The notes beneath the pieces were generated by a model. It saw only the letters and a list, made by a program, of their open reading frames with translations, was not told the origin of the DNA and searched no databases. Source: Clostridia bacterium (GTDB lineage: Bacteria; Bacillota; Clostridia; Oscillospirales; CAG-272). Taken from it: a stretch of DNA of 64,000 nucleotides. This document shows positions 7,801 to 15,904 of the stretch, one piece after another (position 1 is the first letter of the stretch; every line of letters begins with the position of its first letter). The stretch lies in contig JAFXFN010000006.1 of assembly GCA_017520505.1 (NCBI GenBank), positions 104,091 through 168,090 of the forward strand, read 5' to 3'. The position numbers and the translations under genes were made by a program.

Positions 7801-10800
7801 GACCTGCAACAGTTGATGCCATCTGAAGATCGAACGCTTCACCGAGCTTATCTTCAAACACGGCGCCTGATGCTGCACGTATCTTCATAGCAACTTCATT
7901 AAATACGTCGTTGATCTGACCTGATCTTGCAACATCGTAGAAGTGGCCTGATTGTTCGTCACCGGAAGAAATTCTGCGGAGAACTCCGACCGCCGTATCT
8001 CTCGAAATAGCGTGATCGGCAGCCATACCGAAGCCGATAACGAATACCTCAGCGCCGAGGCCGTTAACCCATTCAACATAGTTATTTGCAGAGTTGCCGT
8101 TGGGATTGATTATCTTATATCTGCTGTCAGTATCACCCTTGATAGCCTCAGCCATCCAGTGCTTACCTGCGCTGTTTGCAAATTCGTTATATCTTGCTGT
8201 ATTCGAAGGTCTTGATGCTGCGGGAATGGCAGAAAGATTACCGTTAAGATAATTATCCCATGTCTGATATCCAACAATGCCAGTCTCAGGGTCATCCTTG
8301 TCTCTTATTTCCGAACCGCCGCCGACATAGTTATACTGCCATGTACAGCCGTCAGACATAAATATCAGATAAGGATTACGCTTTGTACCTGCCTGTGCAT
8401 TAAGCTTCTGCTTACCTGCAAGTGTTTCGTATGCAAGATGCAAGCCCTGGTCATAGTTTGTACCGGAACCGGAGTATGCCATACCGAAGCTATCTGCGAT
8501 TTCATCGATCTTTTCATCTGTAAGATCGCTTGAGTGAATAAATCTGTTTTCGATCGAAGGCATTGCAGCCAAAGATTCTTTAGGTGTAAGGAAGTGTGCT
8601 GTATCTGCCTGGTTATGTGTTGTAGCAAGAGGATGCGATTCCCCATTCATCTTCTTGATGAACATATCGCCGTCGATAAGCGTATATCCGTCAAACGTAA
8701 GTATGGAAACGGAAATATCGGACTTATAACCGTCAATCGTTTCAGCAAACTTTTTGAGCATCGTTTTGATCGATGCAACCATCTCGTTTCTACGCGCTTT
8801 TGAGTTGTTAGGCATAGGATCCGAGTTCGGGTCAGCGGAATAAGCCATTGAACCCGAGTTATCAAGAACAAGCACAACGTCAGCACCGCTGGCATCGGGA
8901 ATACCCGTCAGTGTAAGCTGTACTTCCGTAAGACCGGTTGCAAGATAATCATATTCCTCATTTAATCCCTTTTTAATTTCAACAGAACCGGGGGCGGGAT
9001 ATGTGGGGTAGTCATTTTCGGGACGCTTCTGCTCAACTGTAAGCTTAAAGCTCGAGCTGATAGCAACTCCCTGATATGTTACCTTTACATTACTGTATAC
9101 TTTATCGCTGTCTGTTGCTGTCTTCGTCTTTACATTGTCATCGTTATGAGTAAGCATATCAAGCGTTACGGGAATATTTGTAACGTGCGATACACCGTAA
9201 GCGTCAGTTACCGTCATGACAAGGAAAACGCCTGTGGGAGAATCTGCGCCCGTAGCACCGTAAGATACTGTTCCTGAATTCTTTGTAAGATAAACAGTTG
9301 CATTTGCATATTCACTTGTACGTGCGTAATAATATACTCTGTCCTGAGGTTGCGGCTCTCTGAGCTCGTTTATATTCTGGTTTGAAGGCTTGTAGCCTGC
9401 AGCGTTACCGTCTGCCTGTTCAATACGCAAACCGAAGTTATTGATCATATAGTTGTAGTACATCGTACGCCACTTATGATTCTGCTGTTCAATACCATTG
9501 TCTGTCGTTACCTTGGCACCGGGATTATAGACAGCAATACCTGTTTTTTCATTTCTGTCATTCCAGATAGCCTGCCAGCCGTCAGAAGCACCGACAGTCA
9601 ATGTTGCGCCTTGACCGAGATCATCGGTACCGTTAAAACGAAGATATCTGTCTGCCTGAGCCGTTCTGTTGAAGGCCTCGAAAATCCAACATTTAGCGTT
9701 GGGAAGATTAACATGGCCTGCTGCGTGAGATATCCATATTGACTGCCACGGAGCAGCATCGATTACCAACTGTCTTTCGCCGTCAACGAATATTTCATAC
9801 GCGAAAACTTCCTGTGTTGAAACGTTTCTTCCGTCTTCAGTTTTAAGAAGTCTTACATATCCGGGATTCTGGCTTTCAGCGATATGTATATATCCACCGT
9901 CAATAAATAAATTGTTCTGGTCGGGATCTGCAAGAACAAAGAATGATGAATTCTTGCTCACCTCATCATAATTATTGGCAACAAGTTCCTTTACAGCTTT
10001 AACCACAAGTGTAAAGTTATCGGCAAGCTGAACACCGTTGTAGCTTACCTTGACGTTATTATACGTTCCTGCCGTTGTAAGATCAGCACCCGAAAGCATA
10101 TCCGTTGTAACGGGAACACGGGTAAGCTTGCCGTCAACGTAAAGGTGGATGTATGCGCCTGTAGGTGCAAACTTGCCTGTATTTACAGCAACTGTACCCT
10201 TGTTTGAGTAAAGATAGCCCTTGATCTCAGGGATGTCTTTTGAGCCTACTTTTTCGTACAGCTGTGCCATCGTTTTAGCAGAACCCTTAGCTACCATATT
10301 AAAATTCGTGTACTGTTTGTTGTCCTGAGCTGTAAAAACACCATAACTGATATAACCGGCATTTTTTCCGTCAACAGTTACAACAGTCGGGGGATAAGAT
10401 GATGTATATATCGTTTTCAAACCCGCAAGGTCAATATTGTCATTGGCAATAATCCACTTTGAAGTACGTCCCTCGCTCTTATCCAAAGCAAGTGAGAAGT
10501 ATCCGGAATGATATCCGCCTGAACCACCGTTAGGATGTTGGGCAAGATAGCCTTTGTGTGTATTACCGTTGTTGTCTTTTGAAGTTGTAACAAGGTAATA
10601 TGCATTACTTCCGGCTGATTCAAACTTCCACTCGCCGAATTCAGCAGATGAAAAAGTATTTGTTACGTACTTACCCGGATCAAGTGAGGTTGTTTGTACC
10701 GGTATTTCAAAAACCTTTAATCCGTTGAGTGTTTGCAGATATCGGCCGTCGCCTCTTTGAGCGCCGCCGAGCGCAGAGGCTTCGCCGGGAACGTCCGTAC

Positions 10801-11035
10801 TGACGATCATATACGTTTTGCTCGTACTGATGTCAGCAGCTGTGTAATTTTCTACAAGCTTGTAGACTGTCTTCGTTTCGGCTTTTTGAATCAAGATCAA
10901 TTCAGGCTCGGCAAGACTTTCAATTCCCTCATTGATAACGCTTTCAGCGAGCGTAACAACGGGAGAAAGAAGCATTGACAAACACAAAACGACCGATAGG
11001 ATTCGTCTTAAGCCAAACTTTTTCTTTGATTCCAT
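4826..11035 (-). CDS. Giant secreted surface protein (2069 aa) with a von Willebrand factor A domain and Ig-like repeats
   Basis: Signal peptide MESKKKFGLRRILSVVLCLSMLLSPVVTLA. VWA MIDAS motif DVVLVLDNSGSM, later FMSDG. Repeated beta-rich modules (..NVKVSYNGVQLADNFTLVV.. and ..NVKVTYQGVAISSSFKLTV..). AGGAG RBS. I saw no LPXTG motif. Confidence 0.7.
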   Translation of the reverse strand: MESKKKFGLRRILSVVLCLSMLLSPVVTLAESVINEGIESLAEPELILIQKAETKTVYKLVENYTAADISTSKTYMIVSTDVPGEASALGGAQRGDGRYLQTLNGLKVFEIPVQTTSLDPGKYVTNTFSSAEFGEWKFESAGSNAYYLVTTSKDNNGNTHKGYLAQHPNGGSGGYHSGYFSLALDKSEGRTSKWIIANDNIDLAGLKTIYTSSYPPTVVTVDGKNAGYISYGVFTAQDNKQYTNFNMVAKGSAKTMAQLYEKVGSKDIPEIKGYLYSNKGTVAVNTGKFAPTGAYIHLYVDGKLTRVPVTTDMLSGADLTTAGTYNNVKVSYNGVQLADNFTLVVKAVKELVANNYDEVSKNSSFFVLADPDQNNLFIDGGYIHIAESQNPGYVRLLKTEDGRNVSTQEVFAYEIFVDGERQLVIDAAPWQSIWISHAAGHVNLPNAKCWIFEAFNRTAQADRYLRFNGTDDLGQGATLTVGASDGWQAIWNDRNEKTGIAVYNPGAKVTTDNGIEQQNHKWRTMYYNYMINNFGLRIEQADGNAAGYKPSNQNINELREPQPQDRVYYYARTSEYANATVYLTKNSGTVSYGATGADSPTGVFLVMTVTDAYGVSHVTNIPVTLDMLTHNDDNVKTKTATDSDKVYSNVKVTYQGVAISSSFKLTVEQKRPENDYPTYPAPGSVEIKKGLNEEYDYLATGLTEVQLTLTGIPDASGADVVLVLDNSGSMAYSADPNSDPMPNNSKARRNEMVASIKTMLKKFAETIDGYKSDISVSILTFDGYTLIDGDMFIKKMNGESHPLATTHNQADTAHFLTPKESLAAMPSIENRFIHSSDLTDEKIDEIADSFGMAYSGSGTNYDQGLHLAYETLAGKQKLNAQAGTKRNPYLIFMSDGCTWQYNYVGGGSEIRDKDDPETGIVGYQTWDNYLNGNLSAIPAASRPSNTARYNEFANSAGKHWMAEAIKGDTDSRYKIINPNGNSANNYVEWVNGLGAEVFVIGFGMAADHAISRDTAVGVLRRISSGDEQSGHFYDVARSGQINDVFNEVAMKIRAASGAVFEDKLGEAFDLQMASTVAGPRGPITLDPAPAVELFEYITYRLDEVGTIIDNVHVTEEMVGTVKKGYEAGTLIEKVTFNPDGTEAYSSVKGASVNILGEDGIIDASTFKYNTNKNKSVMIDSNSDGKVDYELPSETFAWLVGDIPQSRYELHYDVYLEGSMEGEVSPADQEFLTNEYAVLKYKNYIGNACSITAPKPQLPWEDAEVTYSYYLVNGRGEPIDANGNVTTFDKALKIGGLGDVTKQFRLNQKNVIVDGDGEGQIPDAYQLYDDASAYKILAHSKSAATGDWTIEKSANKPLTTYVESGTLLTTGNTYDNSDANYRQTKVWFALVPKVCVDDTVVIDYGIPVDVDVLANDDFKDDVENATITGYAPKVDAPSYFDLTSDTPDGFVASDKTLNGAFGKFSCVDNEIRYQLDEMQMTDVDSVTYGAQYSGSEMPNGKYYGNLTVIPATLIYFEDDFVSFTVNNYSEEGEVIANSWTTVGTEKDDVQRDDRVGETIANVYGNDGAYVDSSKYSFGSAQKVTVERTDKYDENGRIASSTGKYATATFTFVGKGFDVISYTTNKTGTIAVQVFPYASLDATAPEINAVKSTVVDTYYGYKYAKVPVLDRDGNQIIEDGKPLYTEKWVPAESDTEDGLYQVPVIKWSTDTYGKYKVVITASYNWIFDHGQYGGSRLPNNKANATREGKYDFYLDAIRIYDPANGGANDEDIKNAYIADGEYMPTFKELRNILISDVKGFAADGSNVDGAVYIDNTSDSIKNTYTLNEYKDFGPNNEVYLAKGNAVAFTVDKNGYASVQLAAKLAKGTGTLKIKNVTNGLDKTLNITTATDLYYALDDILADNKANTVVLQNLDGNGIISVTNLKLTKTATVDAQVQTVNAVYMNAKTAQAAVDYLNATQAPEIHSVKSMKPSVKAGQKFTVTVTTNSEAEYVVVNGQTFTKYTENKANGQRIWKVTLALEDKGMAQISANAYSANDVESRTVSTTVRVTKAPAFSIGGVFDGFFGGLLGK

Positions 11036-11312
11036 TGATTTTCTCCTTTAGTGATAAGAATTTTTGCCTATAAATATATTATATAAATAATATATAGACT
11101 ACGGGTACAGTTTACCATACAAATCTTGTATATGTACTACATATTTTTTAAACAATTTGTGTCTAATACATACAAATTGCTTCGATTCATCATAACAAAT
11201 GAACACATCCATAGTTTTTTACATTATCTGCGCTTAAAAGTTACAATTTGCGGTAATTGACAAACACCAACGGTTGTGATACAATTACCAAAAATAATTT
11301 AATCAGGGTAAA

Positions 11313-12542
11313 ATGATGATAGTAAAGCAATATATCAAGGATTTTGAAAAGCTCGGCTTCGGCATTTTTGTACACTTTGGTGTGTACAGTGCCGTCGGTA
11401 AGGGTGAATGGTCTAAAGCCGTTCTTCACATTTCAAACGAAGAATACGCAGAATATGCAAAAAATTTCATTCCTGCGGAAGACTGGGCAAAAAAGCTGGT
11501 TGCGCACGCAAAAACAGCAGGCGCAAGATACATAACGATAACCACACGACACCACGACGGATTTTCTCTTTACGACACGTGCGGACTTAACGATTACGAC
11601 ACGGTGCATTACTGCGGCCGTGATCTTATCCGTGAATTCGTTGATGCCTGCAACGAGGGCGGTATAGTTCCCTTTTTCTATCACACTCTTATGGACTGGT
11701 ATATGCCGTCATACGAAGCGGATTTCAACGAATATCTCGCTTATTTAAGAAAGAGTGTTGAGCTTCTTTGCAGAAACTACGGCAAGATAGGCGGTATCTG
11801 GTTCGACGGTATGTGGCACAAGCCGAACAGCGATTGGCAGGAGGACGAGCTTTACGGAACGATAAGAAAATATCAGCCCGAGGCAATGATCATCAACAAC
11901 ACGGGACTTTCCGCAAGGGGTGCGCTCGGTCACATTGAGCTTGACAGCGTAACGTTTGAGCGCGGAAGACCTCAGAAGATAAACACGGAAGAATCTCCGA
12001 AATACATTGCAAGCGAGATGTGCCAGGTAATGAACAGCCATTGGGGATATGCCGAAAACGACCTTTCATACATTTCCCCCGCAGATGTAATTAAAGATCT
12101 GACAGTTTGCAAAAAATGCGGAAGCAACTTTTTGCTGAACGTCGGACCGCTTCCGAACGGATACCTTCGCACCATTGACAGCGCAATTCTTGAAATAGTC
12201 GGAAAATGGGTAAGCGTAAACCGTGAAATAATGGATGCTGTTCCCTGCGACGTAAAAATCGAAAACAAGGATGATGATTTTATCCTGCAAACTGATGAAG
12301 CATACTATATTCTCTGCAACAATCTTCCTATGGTGGCAGATCCAAACGTAGCCCTGGCAAACGGAAGCGGAAATTACGAATTACGCTTCAAAACAGACAA
12401 GCGCATAAAGAGCATACATTGGCTCGACAACGGCGAAGAATTGAAGTTCACGCAAGACGGAAGTGACACCCTCGTATACACAACACCGTTTTCATACGGC
12501 AACCACCTCGTTGTGCGTGCGGCTAAAGCAATATTCGAATAA
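11313..12542 (+). CDS. Alpha-L-fucosidase (GH29 family)
   Basis: FGIFVHFGVYSAVGKGEW, TTRHHDGFSLYDT and GGIWFDGMW are characteristic GH29 blocks. No signal peptide. Confidence 0.75.
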   Translation: MMIVKQYIKDFEKLGFGIFVHFGVYSAVGKGEWSKAVLHISNEEYAEYAKNFIPAEDWAKKLVAHAKTAGARYITITTRHHDGFSLYDTCGLNDYDTVHYCGRDLIREFVDACNEGGIVPFFYHTLMDWYMPSYEADFNEYLAYLRKSVELLCRNYGKIGGIWFDGMWHKPNSDWQEDELYGTIRKYQPEAMIINNTGLSARGALGHIELDSVTFERGRPQKINTEESPKYIASEMCQVMNSHWGYAENDLSYISPADVIKDLTVCKKCGSNFLLNVGPLPNGYLRTIDSAILEIVGKWVSVNREIMDAVPCDVKIENKDDDFILQTDEAYYILCNNLPMVADPNVALANGSGNYELRFKTDKRIKSIHWLDNGEELKFTQDGSDTLVYTTPFSYGNHLVVRAAKAIFE

Positions 12543-12544
12543 AC

Positions 12545-12580
12545 AAAAAAATCTGTGCGAAAACTACGCACAGATTTTTT
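12545..12580. terminator. Bidirectional intrinsic terminator
   Basis: ATCTGTGCG/CGCACAGAT stem flanked by an A-run and a T-run, between convergent genes. Confidence 0.7.
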
Positions 12581-12583
12581 AAA

Positions 12584-12961
12584 TCATTTGATTCTTGACA
12601 AATACTGACAGTAAACGTACACGTTTTGAATTTTTTTAGCTTCAACTCCGTCATCCGCTTGTATTATCGGCTGTGTTTCCGAGGGGGTTATGTACAGCTT
12701 GAAAACGATGGCATCCTGTCCGGGGCGCATATTTCTGATTCTCTTATACTCAACCTCACGTTTTGTAACCCCTAAATAATCGTAAATGACCGTTTCGATA
12801 TCAAGGTTGCTGAAGCACTGCAAAACGTCCGTTTCATCGTGAAGTTCAAGGATATGCTTCGCTTCTTCAAAGGTAAGATTGTGGCATTGGAATTCGCCTT
12901 CGTTAAGAACGCTCATCATACTGCTGTTGTCAAGCAACAATAAAGGTAAAGATTTATCCAT
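12584..12961 (-). CDS. Small cytoplasmic protein, possibly DUF1874 (YddF/STIV B116-like)
   Basis: 125 aa. The pattern LLLLDNSSMMSV..GEF....LTFEEAKHIL...DVLQCFSNLDIETVIYDYLGV....R.....PGQDAIVFKL resembles DUF1874 proteins. Recognised by eye only. Confidence 0.35.
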   Translation of the reverse strand: MDKSLPLLLLDNSSMMSVLNEGEFQCHNLTFEEAKHILELHDETDVLQCFSNLDIETVIYDYLGVTKREVEYKRIRNMRPGQDAIVFKLYITPSETQPIIQADDGVEAKKIQNVYVYCQYLSRIK

Positions 12962-13180
12962 GGTAAAACCTCCGTTTTGTATTTTTATTGATTACATTAT
13001 ACACGCAAAAATGCAAGTTGTCAATACCCTCCTTGCATTTTTGCAAAATTATTTTTCATATTGTATTTTGCACGGCAGAATTTTATTCCTTTTAATATCT
13101 TTATAGTGCATATATTTTCTTGACATTAATATAAAATTATGATATAATCCGCTTACACAATTATACAGGAGGCACTTTTG

Positions 13181-15436
13181 ATGAAGGCTTTAAAATTTTT
13201 GACAGTTTTGCTCGCACTCACGCTCGCAGCGTCAACCGCAGTTTCAGCCGTTCCCGGTAAAATAGGCGGCTCTACGAACGTTGTAACTAAAGAAATAAAA
13301 CTGCCAAACGGAACAAATACAGGAGTCACCCTGACGGAAATGACAATTCCGAAGTACACTTTTTATAATCCGTCAACAAAAAATGATAAAAAGGCATGCT
13401 TTACCGAATTTGATCTTGCTAATACAAATCTTTCGGTAGAAGTAATAAACTGCGGCGACTATATGGTAAGCGCCAAAACGGTTAAATCAGCCGTGGAAAG
13501 CTACAAGCAAAACGGCAAGACGATACTTGCCGCAATAAACGGCGACTTGTGGATGACAAATGTACACAGCGGTTCGGAAATGGCAAAAGCCGTTTTAAAA
13601 GTACCGAGAGGTATTATGATATCCAAAGGCGAGATATGGGCAACACAGCAGTTCGGCATGGAAAACGCCTGCGCCACGAATGACGAGCGAGGCAATACAA
13701 CACCGCCCAAAGCCGCTTTCGGCGTCACGTCTGCCAATCAGCCCGTGGTCGGCAGTCCCTCAATTGCAATTTCACTTAAAAATGAAACAACGGGTATTTC
13801 CACGGGCGTAAACGGTCTGAACAGACTCCCTGCCCCCGATTCAACCGTCGTTTACAATCACAGATGCTACAGCACAAACTATGCGCTTAACGATGCTTTC
13901 GAAATCGAAATAGAATCGTCAGACACGGCATTTACGTTCGACGGAACAGTAAAAGGAACTATCAAGAAAATATATGAAAGCGGAAGCACCTCACGCCCCA
14001 CGATAGGAAAGAATACTATCGTAATAACCGTAAGAGGCAACAGAATACCCGCAATGAGAGAAAACTTCAAGGTCGGTCACACCGTTTCATTCAAATGCTC
14101 CGTTTCCGACTCAACAGGCAACGCATCTCTCTGGAAGAACGTAAAAGAAGCCATCGGCGGTCACATCATGACACACAAAGACGGTCAGGTGTACACCTCC
14201 CTCGGCGGAAACACAGAATATCCGGGTGCATTTATCGGTTACAAAGATGACGGAAAGGTAATGTTCTGCACATTTACTGCAGCAAAAGACGGAACAAGAC
14301 TCGGCATCAACTACGCATCAGGCATACAGTTCCTCAGAACCGCAGGATATAACAGCGTATTCTTCCTTGACGGCGGCGGTTCAGCAACGATGGTAACGCT
14401 TGAAAACGGCTCATACAGCGTAAGAAGCAAATCATCAGACGGCTCACCCCGTGCGGTAATAAATGCAATTGCGGTAGTATGGAATCAGAACAAGGTATGC
14501 GCCGCACAAGGCGATATGAGCCATATCAAAGCTCCCCTTGATCTTTCCGATATTCCCGGTTACCACATCCCCGCTGACCTTATGCCTCACATCGTATCGG
14601 GATACACGAACTGTTCAGGTAAATACATTGAAGCAGATAACGCATACCACATGAGTGTAACATCAACGTCAAACGATCCGTATGCAACATTGAGCTTTGA
14701 TGCCCTCAGCAGTGTGAGCGCAGATACATACAAATATATGGTCGTAAAGGCGAAAACCAATCTCGGCAAATCAAGCACTCTGAAGCTTTACTATTCCACG
14801 TCAGCATCATCGGGTCCGAGCGAGGATTTCACACGCAACGTATCGATAAATGCAAGCAAGGACTTTAATTATTACATCGTAGATCTTTCAAAAGAAAGCG
14901 GCTGGAGAGGTACTATAAACAATATCCGTCTTGACGTTTTCGATTCTATCACAACGAATGCGGCAGACGGCACGGTATTCTCATTCGGCAGTATAACACT
15001 TTGCAAGACGGCAGACGAAGCAAGAAAGGTATCCGAGGGAATTCTCCCCGAAGGCTCAATACCGAGCTATAAGCAGTTCCTTAACCCCGGAAGCACGATA
15101 AACACAACTGCTCCCACTACGGAACCGCCTGTCGAAGATACAGAGTCTGTAACAGAAGCGGAAACGGTTATCGTCACAGATGCTGAAACTATTGTAACAA
15201 ACGAGCTTTCGGAAGTAATCACCGAATTGCCCACCGAAGATACAGAAGCAGCAACCGAAAGCGAAGATGCAGACGGCAGTGATTCCGTAACAGATGGAGT
15301 AAACACAACAGCATCTGAAACCGATGCTGAAGAAGATAAAGGTTCATCATCCGGTGTTATTATAGGTGTCGCTTGTGCTGCAGCCGTGGCTGTTGCAGTC
15401 GCCGTAATATTCATCATTAAAAAACGTAAATCTTAA
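13181..15436 (+). CDS. Membrane-anchored secreted phosphodiester glycosidase family protein (NAGPA/DUF2233-like)
   Basis: Signal peptide MKALKFLTVLLALTLAASTAVSA. AAINGDLW and FFLDGGGSATMV blocks typical of the phosphodiester glycosidase family. A T/E/D-rich linker is followed by a C-terminal TM anchor VIIGVACAAAVAVAVAVIFIIKKRKS. AGGAGG RBS; ATG 13181 preferred over TTG 13178. Confidence 0.6.
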   Translation: MKALKFLTVLLALTLAASTAVSAVPGKIGGSTNVVTKEIKLPNGTNTGVTLTEMTIPKYTFYNPSTKNDKKACFTEFDLANTNLSVEVINCGDYMVSAKTVKSAVESYKQNGKTILAAINGDLWMTNVHSGSEMAKAVLKVPRGIMISKGEIWATQQFGMENACATNDERGNTTPPKAAFGVTSANQPVVGSPSIAISLKNETTGISTGVNGLNRLPAPDSTVVYNHRCYSTNYALNDAFEIEIESSDTAFTFDGTVKGTIKKIYESGSTSRPTIGKNTIVITVRGNRIPAMRENFKVGHTVSFKCSVSDSTGNASLWKNVKEAIGGHIMTHKDGQVYTSLGGNTEYPGAFIGYKDDGKVMFCTFTAAKDGTRLGINYASGIQFLRTAGYNSVFFLDGGGSATMVTLENGSYSVRSKSSDGSPRAVINAIAVVWNQNKVCAAQGDMSHIKAPLDLSDIPGYHIPADLMPHIVSGYTNCSGKYIEADNAYHMSVTSTSNDPYATLSFDALSSVSADTYKYMVVKAKTNLGKSSTLKLYYSTSASSGPSEDFTRNVSINASKDFNYYIVDLSKESGWRGTINNIRLDVFDSITTNAADGTVFSFGSITLCKTADEARKVSEGILPEGSIPSYKQFLNPGSTINTTAPTTEPPVEDTESVTEAETVIVTDAETIVTNELSEVITELPTEDTEAATESEDADGSDSVTDGVNTTASETDAEEDKGSSSGVIIGVACAAAVAVAVAVIFIIKKRKS

Positions 15437-15444
15437 CAAAAAAT

Positions 15445-15480
15445 GCCCCTGACAGATCAAAATCTGCCAGGGGCTTCGTT
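15445..15480. terminator. Bidirectional intrinsic terminator
   Basis: GCCCCTGACAGAT/ATCTGCCAGGGGC hairpin preceded by an A-run, with a T-rich stretch following. Confidence 0.6.
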
Positions 15481-15523
15481 TACTGTTTTCGCTGCAGGCT
15501 TGCTTGCAGTTTTTTTATTTCTT

Positions 15524-15841
15524 TTATTCCTCAACCTCTTTTAAAAGAAGCTTCTTTTCAAAGCCTCCTCGCTTTAAAAACTTTTCTTTTCTTACCCTTT
15601 CAAGCTCATCAAGCGTATATCCTCGTGCTGCAGCCGCCGCATACAGAACCTCGAGAAGGTCTGCAAGTTCCTCAATGCTTCCGTCTTTATAGTATTCCTC
15701 AAGCTCTTCACCGAGCTTTTTATCCACCATTTCAAGATAAGCTTCGTTATCCATAACCACGATACAGCACTTTTTGCCCTGCGCTGATATTATTTCGGGA
15801 ATTTTATCTCTGACGAGCTTATCGTATTTTTTTATGCTCAT
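15524..15841 (-). CDS. MazG-like / PRA-PH-like nucleoside triphosphate pyrophosphohydrolase
   Basis: 105 aa. KLVRDKIPEII ... EELEEY....SIEELADLLEVLYA ... KRGGFEKKLLL matches the small all-alpha NTP pyrophosphohydrolase family. Confidence 0.55.
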   Translation of the reverse strand: MSIKKYDKLVRDKIPEIISAQGKKCCIVVMDNEAYLEMVDKKLGEELEEYYKDGSIEELADLLEVLYAAAAARGYTLDELERVRKEKFLKRGGFEKKLLLKEVEE

Positions 15842-15904
15842 ATTTTTTCCTTCCGCATTATCAAAATGGTTACCGTCAAGCGATAACCATTTTGTAATTT
15901 TTAA

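Noticed and set aside
15524-15841. MazG-like gene considered as part of a defence island with the neighbouring secreted hydrolases
   Set aside because: It is a single small housekeeping-type NTP pyrophosphohydrolase with its own terminator, and it has no adjacent nuclease, ATPase or other defence-type partner.
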